Source: Candidatus Bathyarchaeota archaeon (GTDB lineage: Archaea > Thermoproteota > Bathyarchaeia > Bathyarchaeales > DTEX01). Taken from it: a DNA stretch of 39,069 bases. The translations under genes were made by a program, and so were the position numbers. The notes under the pieces were generated by a model. That model made no database searches, was not told where the DNA came from, and saw only the letters and a list, made by a program, of their open reading frames with translations. Position 1 is the stretch's first letter. Every line of letters starts with the position of its first letter. Shown piece by piece: positions 28,290 to 35,405 of this stretch. The stretch is from assembly GCA_003601695.1 (NCBI GenBank), contig PIYH01000001.1:1-39069 (forward strand), given 5' to 3'.

Positions 28290-28331
28290 TAATGTATATG
28301 AGAAAATGTGTACATTTTCTCATATACATTA
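28290..28331. repeat. perfect 42-bp palindrome (20-bp arms, 2-nt spacer)
   Basis: Read directly as TAATGTATATGAGAAAATGT-GT-ACATTTTCTCATATACATTA. I verified base by base that the arms are exact reverse complements. It lies 10 nt downstream of the stop of gene 28341..28928 and about 12 nt upstream of the candidate TATA box of the surface-protein gene. Confidence 0.9.
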
Positions 28332-28340
28332 ATCTTTAAA

Positions 28341-28928
28341 TCACGGAGAGTTCTTGACATTTAAACCCTTAAAGTCTAAGATTATCATCCCTTTCATATG
28401 ATCACTTCTAGTTGTTTCGTATCCCATGCCATGAAAGGCTCCCTCTACATATTTTAGAAGAGCTTCTGTTCCTTCATTCGTGAGCACGGATGAGAAGCAT
28501 CTCAGCTTGATCAAGTCCCCTTCATTCTTAACCTCAACTTCATTTAGATCCCATCTCGACGCTTCAAGGAACTCTTTGAAAGCTTCTACCGGATCCTCAA
28601 ATTTTTCCTTCAAATATTTCCCGTGTAACTTTCCACTCTCATACCATCTCTCCTTGAGGCTTCGGCTCTTATCCTTAGAGGCAACCTTAATGAAGAAATT
28701 GAAGACATTTAGCGGAACAAATGTTCCACCTAGGATTCTATTCGCCTTTGTAACTGCAAGCAAGTCCGCCGCCTCCTTTAATCTATAGCCAAGCCTTTTC
28801 GCTAAGAGAGCAAGCTCTATAGACTCTTCAACGAAGACCCCTAAAGATTTGCCCTCGCTTCTTGCGACTTCCATAGCCTCTCTTATGAGATTCTCCGAGA
28901 CGTATACGAGCCGCCTACTCTTCGACAT
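28341..28928 (-). CDS. hypothetical protein, paralog A: RHH-like N-terminus plus ~140-aa C-terminal domain (possibly V4R-like ligand-binding)
   Basis: 195 aa. The N-terminus RRLVYVSENLIREAMEVARSEGKSLGVFVEESIELALLA has a strand-helix-helix (CopG/Arc-like) pattern. The C-terminal part (WYESGKLHGKYL...LIKLRCFSS...YVEGAFHGMGYE...GMIILDFKG) is collinear with the neighbouring paralog. Confidence 0.7.
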   Translation of the reverse strand: MSKSRRLVYVSENLIREAMEVARSEGKSLGVFVEESIELALLAKRLGYRLKEAADLLAVTKANRILGGTFVPLNVFNFFIKVASKDKSRSLKERWYESGKLHGKYLKEKFEDPVEAFKEFLEASRWDLNEVEVKNEGDLIKLRCFSSVLTNEGTEALLKYVEGAFHGMGYETTRSDHMKGMIILDFKGLNVKNSP

Positions 28929-29508
28929 TCAAATCCTTCCTGAGGGCTTTAATCCTTATAGACCCTGCTGAGACATCCTTATTCGACACTTTGTAGCCGA
29001 AGGTCTCCAATGCGCCTTCAAGAAAGGCCAAATATAAGATAGCGTAGGACTCTGGGATTCTGGGGCTTACTATCCGAATGTAGACCGCTTCCTCATTCTC
29101 CTCAATAATCAGTTCTGGAATATTCCATGTATAAGCCTTCAGACTTTTCTTGAATGCTTCGAAGGCATCCTCAGGTTCTATGGTCATATATCTTTTAGCA
29201 AGCCATATTCCGGCTTCGAACCATTTTTTCAAAGCTTCCTCCCGAGCATTTTTATATGCTATGTCGGCCATATCATACCATAAGGCTTCAGGTCCAAGTA
29301 TGAATCCGTCTTTCTTAGCCTTTTTGGGAATCCAGCTCTCCTCAAAGAGCTTCCTAAGATTAACTCCAGCCTCCTCGGCTTGAATCGCGAGCTCAAATAT
29401 TTCATTCACCATGCTGTAAAGGGTATAGCCTCGCTGCTTCGCCATCTCAATCAGTTTATTAGCTAGATCCTCCCGGGCGAAGAGGGTCTTTCTCTTAACC
29501 AAGGACAA
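28915..29508 (-). CDS. hypothetical protein, paralog B: RHH-like N-terminus plus ~140-aa C-terminal domain
   Basis: 197 aa. The N-terminus is RKTLFAREDLANKLIEMAKQRGYTLYSMVNEIFELAIQA. The C-terminal part is WFEAGIWLAKRYM...AFEAFKKSL..W...VYIRIVSPRIP...FLEGALETFGYK...GSIRIKAL. Its 3' end overlaps the start of paralog A by 14 nt. Confidence 0.7.
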   Translation of the reverse strand: MSLVKRKTLFAREDLANKLIEMAKQRGYTLYSMVNEIFELAIQAEEAGVNLRKLFEESWIPKKAKKDGFILGPEALWYDMADIAYKNAREEALKKWFEAGIWLAKRYMTIEPEDAFEAFKKSLKAYTWNIPELIIEENEEAVYIRIVSPRIPESYAILYLAFLEGALETFGYKVSNKDVSAGSIRIKALRKDLNVEE

Positions 29509-29637
29509 TAAGCAACCCCATTTTTAAGAAAAGCTAAGAGGCTAATTAGTGTTATCTAGCCTTTACGTATATCTATGATATAAACCTTAAATTCAGCTGT
29601 AGTAATACTCATTTATACTTTTAGGAAGTATGAAGAG

Positions 29638-29805
29638 ATGCCCAGTATCAGGGATGCAGGCTCACCAAGTATTCCCTACATTAAGGAACTTGAGAAAGTA
29701 GCGCTAAAGATTCTTAAGGAGAATCCAGACTATAAAGAAAGGTTAAAGGAGATACTTGAGGAATATGCCAGCCGATACTCCAGGGAATATAATATTAGAA
29801 CTTGA
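29638..29805 (+). CDS. possible small ORF (55 aa) preceding and overlapping the ATPase gene
   Basis: My translation is MPSIRDAGSPSIPYIKELEKVALKILKENPDYKERLKEILEEYASRYSREYNIRT*. A TATA-like atttatactttt lies ~20 nt upstream, so the transcript could be leaderless. It overlaps the ATPase ATG (29765) by 41 nt in another frame. It is below the ORF-track cutoff. Confidence 0.25.
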   Translation: MPSIRDAGSPSIPYIKELEKVALKILKENPDYKERLKEILEEYASRYSREYNIRT

Positions 29806-31261
29806 GAATATAGGTTGCCTAAGAAGGCTGCGCCTAGAGTTTAAGCCCGGGATTAACATAATTAAGGCGCCGAATGCCTCGGGAAAGACAACTATAGTCA
29901 GAAGTTTTTCAAGCATGTTCTCGGACAAAATTCCACCGTCGCACATCCTAGCATTAGATGAACTAAAAGGAAGAATACGAGTATACTATGGTGAAAAAAT
30001 ATATGAGAAAGTCTTCAGAAGAACCCCTTCGGGTCATGTAATAGTTCAGGGAGACATGCTTCCCTTCGCTGATCCAAGAGCATTTGATGCATGCGTCGCG
30101 CTAGCTGAGACGGGTATAGTGCATAGAATCACTGGGGGAAACGTAATATTCCGTAAATACCTCGAGAACTTATCCTATGGAAACTATTACAGCGCTCTGA
30201 TCGAAGCTTCACAAGAGCTCGTAAACGAGTATGGGAGGAAACTGGCTAGTCCAAGCTTTAGAAACTTTGAGATCCTTCCTCTCTTACTGACTGAGCTAAC
30301 TGATCTCCACATGAGACGAGACGAGATTAGACAGAAAATTGAGAATTCTAAAAAGAATCATGAGGATAAACTCCGGAAGATAAAGCTCAAAATAACCGAG
30401 AAGAACTCCGCATTGTCTCAAGAGAAAGTTCTTCTATCACAGTTATACAGAGACCTCTCCTTTGAGAAGGAAAGAGAAAGAAGCCTTCAAGAACTATTAA
30501 GTATGGCTGGAGAATCATCAAAGATTGTCTCCAGCATAAAGATAAGCATAGCCTCCTCTCAAGATAGACAAACAAGACTTAAGAAGGAGATCAAGACTCG
30601 CAGATGCCTACTTAAAGAACTCAGGAGAGAAGTTGAAGAGCTTAGAGAAAAACTAAGAAGAGAGGAGAAAGGTCCCCTAGAAATTAAAGGTCTCGAAGAG
30701 AAACTAGAGAAAGTTAATAAGATGATTATACTGAAGGAGGAAGAGATTCAGCGGGCTGAACGCTTTCCTCCCGATGATGCAGAATATCCGGGGAAACTCA
30801 TCGTAGATGTCCGCTCCGAGATTCTGAGAAAGATAGAGTGGCTTGAAATGGTTATGGGATATTTCCAAGAGAAATATATGCGGTGCATGACGAGCGCGAG
30901 GCGTAGATTCAACGAGAACGTTACAAGAGCTTTCCATGAGCTTAATCTCGGAGGATTCGAGAATGTTTTTTTAGATCAAGATTTCTCGCTTCAGGTTATG
31001 CGTGAAGGAAATATTCGCCAGCCTATTGAGACGTTGAGCGCATCCGAGAAACTAACGATAAGTCTGGTGTTGATGCTAGCTGCAAAGGAAACTTTTCTGC
31101 CGGATTTTCCCCTCTTCATAGTTGACGAGTTAACTCTCAGTTATGATCCGGAGAGATTCTGGAGGCTTATGGAATATGTTAAAAGACGAGTTCCATATCT
31201 TATTGTTACGTCACTTTCGTCCAGCCTTTCCGATACGCCGAAGGTAATTCATAAACCATAA
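29756..31261 (+). CDS. SMC/Rad50/RecF-like ABC ATPase with a short central coiled coil (uncharacterised family)
   Basis: 501 aa. Walker A is APNASGKT (nt 29867-29890). A ~160-aa heptad-rich K/E/R/L segment spans roughly residues 180-340. The ABC signature is LSASEK (nt 31034 onward) and Walker B is LFIVDE (D at 31124). I see no hinge domain and no CxxC zinc hook. The start is TTG 29756 or ATG 29765, with AGGAG at 29747-29751. Confidence 0.8.
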   Translation: MRNMPADTPGNIILELENIGCLRRLRLEFKPGINIIKAPNASGKTTIVRSFSSMFSDKIPPSHILALDELKGRIRVYYGEKIYEKVFRRTPSGHVIVQGDMLPFADPRAFDACVALAETGIVHRITGGNVIFRKYLENLSYGNYYSALIEASQELVNEYGRKLASPSFRNFEILPLLLTELTDLHMRRDEIRQKIENSKKNHEDKLRKIKLKITEKNSALSQEKVLLSQLYRDLSFEKERERSLQELLSMAGESSKIVSSIKISIASSQDRQTRLKKEIKTRRCLLKELRREVEELREKLRREEKGPLEIKGLEEKLEKVNKMIILKEEEIQRAERFPPDDAEYPGKLIVDVRSEILRKIEWLEMVMGYFQEKYMRCMTSARRRFNENVTRAFHELNLGGFENVFLDQDFSLQVMREGNIRQPIETLSASEKLTISLVLMLAAKETFLPDFPLFIVDELTLSYDPERFWRLMEYVKRRVPYLIVTSLSSSLSDTPKVIHKP

Positions 31262-31271
31262 AGTAGGAAAC

Positions 31272-31694
31272 TTGAAAGTGATGAGGCGAGAGGTAGTGAA
31301 TGAAAACTCTTGGAAACAGTCGTTCGAGAGTATTTATCGAGAACTTGAGGTGGCAAACAGAAAGAAGAATTCGCTAGATGATCTTTTAGCTAGGAATAGA
31401 GTGTCAAAGCCGACATATGAGTACTTATTGAGAAACCTGGATGAGGAAATAAGCAAATTAGAGGCTCATCTAAAATCATTGACGAAGAGTATGAGTAAAA
31501 GAATAAATGAGTTGCAAAAGCAGATAAAACTCTTCGAAGTTTTCTTTGCTAATTTTGAGCTTCTTCATATAGGTTTTGAAGTAGATGAGGAAACATATGC
31601 TCGGCAGAGAGAGATAATGATAAAGGGGATGGTGGCATCAAAGAAAGAGATGGAAGAGATAGAGAATGCCTTAAAGAAGATAGGCGGCAAATAG
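31272..31694 (+). CDS. small coiled-coil protein (about 137-140 aa), loosely CdvA-coiled-coil-like
   Basis: It starts 10-20 nt after the ATPase stop (TTG 31272, GTG 31278 or ATG 31281). It is almost entirely helical with heptad repeats. Two segments (RNRVSKPTYEYLLRNLDEEI and GFEVDEETYARQREIMIKGM) recall the 'G-I-S-x-x-x-Y-x-x-L' pattern I associate with CdvA-type coiled coils. There is no PRC-barrel domain. Confidence 0.6.
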   Translation: MKVMRREVVNENSWKQSFESIYRELEVANRKKNSLDDLLARNRVSKPTYEYLLRNLDEEISKLEAHLKSLTKSMSKRINELQKQIKLFEVFFANFELLHIGFEVDEETYARQREIMIKGMVASKKEMEEIENALKKIGGK

Positions 31695-31846
31695 AAATTC
31701 TACTTTGAAATCAAACGTCACCCATTTGATGCCTAAAACTTTATCCCAAAACGTCACATTTAATTATCAGTTTACGTTCATAAGCTGAAAATATTAGATC
31801 AGATAATGCTTAAATATTCCAGTAAAGCTCTAGAAGACTCGTCTAG

Positions 31847-32500
31847 GTGAAGACTTTGAGCGGAGAAAGAGAGGATCAACGTTCAGAGAAGCTTGAGGAA
31901 TGGACGCCACGGACAAGACTAGGCCGTCTTGTCTTAGAGGGTAAAATCTCCTCCATCGAAGAGATCTTCGCAGAGGGTATGAGAATACGTGAGCCTGAAA
32001 TAGTTGATATGCTTCTTCCAGATCTACAGGAGGAGGTTATTCACATAGGTATCGTTCAGAAGCAGACAGACGCTGGAGAAAAAACGAGATTTAAAGCGAT
32101 AGTAGTCGTGGGGAACGGAAATGGATATGTAGGCATAGGCTCTGGAAAAGCTGATCAGGTTAGGACGACCATAGAGAAAGCGGCAAGCGAGGCTAGGCTC
32201 AACGTAACCATGGTCCGTAGGGGATGCGGTAGCTGGGAATGTGGCTGTGGACAGCCACACTCTCTGCCATTTGAGACCATTGGAAAATCTGGATCGGTTG
32301 TGATAAAGATTATTCCTGGACCTAGAGGCTTAGGGCTTGTTGCAAGCGAAGTTGCGAAAGTTATACTGAGACTTGCGGGGATAAAGGATTGCTGGACTAA
32401 AAGCTATGGTCAAACAAGAACGGTGCCATCCTTCGCCTATGCTGTGTATAATGCTCTTAAGAGAACCTATGAGATAGTTACTCCCATGGATTGGGTGTGA
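31847..32500 (+). CDS. rps5: 30S ribosomal protein S5 (uS5)
   Basis: 217 aa with a GTG start. It contains EEWTPRTRLGRLVLEGKISSIEEI, FKAIVVVGNGNGYVGIGSGKA and GPRGLGLVAS. Confidence 0.95.
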   Translation: MKTLSGEREDQRSEKLEEWTPRTRLGRLVLEGKISSIEEIFAEGMRIREPEIVDMLLPDLQEEVIHIGIVQKQTDAGEKTRFKAIVVVGNGNGYVGIGSGKADQVRTTIEKAASEARLNVTMVRRGCGSWECGCGQPHSLPFETIGKSGSVVIKIIPGPRGLGLVASEVAKVILRLAGIKDCWTKSYGQTRTVPSFAYAVYNALKRTYEIVTPMDWV

Positions 32501-32504
32501 AGAT

Positions 32505-32984
32505 ATGGAAAAAGGTCAGAAATGCTTAGCTGCCGTTCGGATCCGAGGTACAGTTAACGTTAGAAAGGAAGTTGAGAATACGCTAAGAATGCTTAATCTT
32601 CAACGCAACTGTCACGCCACACTTATAGATGATAGACCGTCCTTCCTAGGAATGCTCAGAAAAGCTCAGAATATAATAACGTGGGGTGAAGTTTCAAAGG
32701 AGACGATTAGTATTCTGCTGAAAAAAAGAGGCCGAACAGTTGGAGACAAGCCTTTAACAGATGATTATGCTAGAAAGATTGGATATAGATCATTAGATGA
32801 CCTCGCAGATGCAATATATAATTTGAAGGTTACGTTGAAGGATCTTCCCAGAGTTAAACCTGTCTTCCGACTTCACCCTCCAAGGAAGGGATTTAAGAGA
32901 TCTATAAAGAAGAGTTATAGAGCTGGAGGAGAAGCTGGATATAGAGGAGGAGACATCAACGATCTCATACGTAGAATGGTGTGA
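32505..32984 (+). CDS. rpl30: 50S ribosomal protein L30 (uL30)
   Basis: 159 aa. AAVRIRGTVNVRKEVENTLRMLNLQRNCHATLID is typical of archaeal uL30. It sits in the canonical position between rps5 and rpl15. Confidence 0.9.
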   Translation: MEKGQKCLAAVRIRGTVNVRKEVENTLRMLNLQRNCHATLIDDRPSFLGMLRKAQNIITWGEVSKETISILLKKRGRTVGDKPLTDDYARKIGYRSLDDLADAIYNLKVTLKDLPRVKPVFRLHPPRKGFKRSIKKSYRAGGEAGYRGGDINDLIRRMV

Positions 32985-33003
32985 AAGCCTAAGGTGATAC
33001 AAA

Positions 33004-33423
33004 ATGCCTCACAAGCTTAGAAAGATTAGAAAGAAACGTGGATCCAGAACTCAAGGATACGGGAGGGTTGGGCAACATAGGAAGAGCGGAAGCAAGGGGA
33101 GAAGAAAGGTGGGAAGACACAAGCATGGATGGAGCTACGTTCTCAGGTATGAGCCGGACTATTTTAAAAAGAAGAGGCTGAAGTCGCGAATAAACAAGTC
33201 GAATATAAGAATCATTAACCTAAAGGAGCTTGAGGAACTCGCCTTCCAGAGGGTTGCAGGAAAGGCGAAGGAGATCCTCGATCTGGAGAAGATGGGTTAC
33301 GATAAGCTTCTCGGAACAGGGAAATTATCACTACCAGTAATAGTTAAGGTTTCAGCATGCTCCCAAAGGGCCCGCGAAAGAATAGAGGCCGCCGGGGGGA
33401 AAGTTTTAACAAGTCATTCTTAA
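33004..33423 (+). CDS. rpl15: 50S ribosomal protein L15 (uL15)
   Basis: 139 aa with a basic N-terminus RKKRGSRTQGYGRVGQHRKSGSKGRRKVGRHKHGW. It sits in the canonical position before secY. Confidence 0.9.
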   Translation: MPHKLRKIRKKRGSRTQGYGRVGQHRKSGSKGRRKVGRHKHGWSYVLRYEPDYFKKKRLKSRINKSNIRIINLKELEELAFQRVAGKAKEILDLEKMGYDKLLGTGKLSLPVIVKVSACSQRARERIEAAGGKVLTSHS

Positions 33424-33447
33424 ATAGGATTTCACTAAAACCTTTAT

Positions 33448-34899
33448 TTGGCTGAGGAAAGGGGGAGACATTTGGCTGGTAGATTTCTCAGATTATTCGA
33501 ACCTGTCATAAAAATTTTGCCAGAGGTTAGAAGCCCAACTAAGAAGGTTAGCTTTAATGAGAGGCTCTTCTGGACCGGCGCCGCTCTAGCGATCTACTTA
33601 ATCATGAGTGAGGTTCCACTTTATGGGCTGGGCGCAGGAGGTATGGAAGAACTAGCTTATTATCGTGTAATCTTCGCTTCAAGCCGTGGAACACTTATGG
33701 AGCTTGGAATAGGCCCAATAGTTACCGCAGGGCTCATACTGCAGATGCTAGCCAGCGCAAAACTTATTGAAGTCGACTTCTCAAATCCTGAAGATCGATC
33801 GCTATTCACTGGGGTTAGCAAGTTCTTCTCGGTGCTTCTAACGGCTTTCCAAGCGTCAGCTTACATAATAAGCGGCTTATTCGGTAGACTAGGATTCATC
33901 CAGTCAATAGTAATATTTCTTCAGCTACTCTTAGCCGGGCTGATAGTGATGCTCCTCGACGAGATGATTCAGAAGGGGTGGGGAATCGGAAGTGGGATAA
34001 GCCTCTTCATTCTGGCGGGTGTAGCGCGGCAGATAATGCTCTGTTGCTTCCATGTGTACATAGTCGGTGAAGATGAATTTGCGAGACCATATGGAATAAT
34101 ATCTGCTCTTATACAAGCCGCTGTTTCCGGAGGAAACTTCAGCTACCTAATACTCAGCGAGTATGGATACCCGAGCATTATAGGACTCTTAACAACTATT
34201 GGGGTCTTTCTGTTCGTAATATACGCACAAGGAATAAGAGTTGAACTTCCAATATCCCATGCGAACTATAGAGGATTTAGAGGAAGATATCCGATCAGCC
34301 TACTTTATGTCTCAAACCTGCCAGTAATATTCGCATCAGCTCTCTTCGGCAACATATACATGTGGTCGCAGCTTCTCTGGAACAACTATAAGAATAGTTC
34401 GTGGGCGCCTTACATTAGTCTCCTAGGAAATTTTGCTGAAGAGAAAGGAAGAATAGTTCCAGTCGGAGGACTAGCTTACTACGTAATCTCTCCAACACGC
34501 GGATTTATTGATGTCATCACAAATCCTATACGATACTCGATCTACGCGATCGTATTCGTGGCTTTCTGCATAGTATTCTCTGCGATGTGGCTGGAGGTCG
34601 GCGGTTTAGATCCAAAAACAATCGCTAAGCAACTTGTTGACTCGGGAATGCAGATACCCGGCTTCAGAAGGTCTGAGAAACCAATAGAGATAGTTCTAAA
34701 GCGATACATACCGGCAGTAACTATACTTGGTGGGTTAATAGTCGGCTTACTCGCGGTTGTTGCAGACTTCTTTGGGGCATTCGGAACTGGAACTGGCATT
34801 CTACTTTCAGTAGGCATAGTATACCAATATTATCAACAACTAATGAGAGAAAGAATAGAGGAGATGTATCCCAGCATTAGAAGATTCATAGGGAGATGA
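33448..34899 (+). CDS. secY: preprotein translocase subunit SecY
   Basis: 483 aa with about 10 TM segments. It contains ILPEVRSPTKKVSFNERLFWTGAAL, GIGPIVTAGLILQML and GFRGRYPISLLYVSNLPVIFASAL. Confidence 0.95.
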   Translation: MAEERGRHLAGRFLRLFEPVIKILPEVRSPTKKVSFNERLFWTGAALAIYLIMSEVPLYGLGAGGMEELAYYRVIFASSRGTLMELGIGPIVTAGLILQMLASAKLIEVDFSNPEDRSLFTGVSKFFSVLLTAFQASAYIISGLFGRLGFIQSIVIFLQLLLAGLIVMLLDEMIQKGWGIGSGISLFILAGVARQIMLCCFHVYIVGEDEFARPYGIISALIQAAVSGGNFSYLILSEYGYPSIIGLLTTIGVFLFVIYAQGIRVELPISHANYRGFRGRYPISLLYVSNLPVIFASALFGNIYMWSQLLWNNYKNSSWAPYISLLGNFAEEKGRIVPVGGLAYYVISPTRGFIDVITNPIRYSIYAIVFVAFCIVFSAMWLEVGGLDPKTIAKQLVDSGMQIPGFRRSEKPIEIVLKRYIPAVTILGGLIVGLLAVVADFFGAFGTGTGILLSVGIVYQYYQQLMRERIEEMYPSIRRFIGR

Positions 34900-35387
34900 A
34901 TGAAATGACGGATTCGGTTTTCCTATACTCTATAGCCGTATTCGCAGCTTCATTCGTAATAGCTATGATTTCAATGATAATAAACCAGAGACTCCTAAAT
35001 CAAGAGCAAGTTTTGGAGTGGCGAAGAGAGATAAACTTATGGAATGAAGAGAAGAAGAGAAGTGAGAAGCTCGGCGATAAAAAGCTTCTTGCAAAGCTGA
35101 AACGCAGGGAAAAAAGGATATTGCAGATACAGTCTAGGATGCTCAAGAAGCAAATGATTATCCTATTCTTAAATATGGCTCTATTTTGGGGAATATGGCA
35201 GATCCTAGTTTTCTATCTTGGAAATAAGCCAGTAGCATACCTTCCATTTTGCATACCATTCATCTCCGGAACCTCCCAATACACTCTGAATCTATTCTAT
35301 TGGTACATTGTGTGTTCCTTAATGTCAACTATAATAGCCTCTCGCATATTACGTGTACCGCTTACATCAAGCCTACCTGAAAAGTAG
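34896..35387 (+). CDS. DUF106/EMC3-TMCO1-like membrane protein (archaeal YidC/Oxa1-superfamily insertase candidate)
   Basis: 163 aa. The layout is TM1, then a basic coiled region (WRREINLWNEEKKRSEKLGDKKLLAKLKRREKRILQIQSRMLKKQ), then two further TMs, which is the DUF106 architecture. Its ATG overlaps the secY stop (ATGA). The position after secY is conserved in archaea. Confidence 0.75.
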   Translation: MNEMTDSVFLYSIAVFAASFVIAMISMIINQRLLNQEQVLEWRREINLWNEEKKRSEKLGDKKLLAKLKRREKRILQIQSRMLKKQMIILFLNMALFWGIWQILVFYLGNKPVAYLPFCIPFISGTSQYTLNLFYWYIVCSLMSTIIASRILRVPLTSSLPEK

Positions 35388-35405
35388 CCGGGAGAAAAAT
35401 AGAGG

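Noticed and set aside
28480-29946. ORFs 28480..28788 (+), 29150..29383 (+) and 29743..29946 (-)
   Set aside because: They are antisense to the RHH paralogs and to the ATPase 5' end respectively. Their translations are low-complexity. The paralogy of the minus-strand genes and the Walker A motif in the plus-strand gene settle the coding strands.
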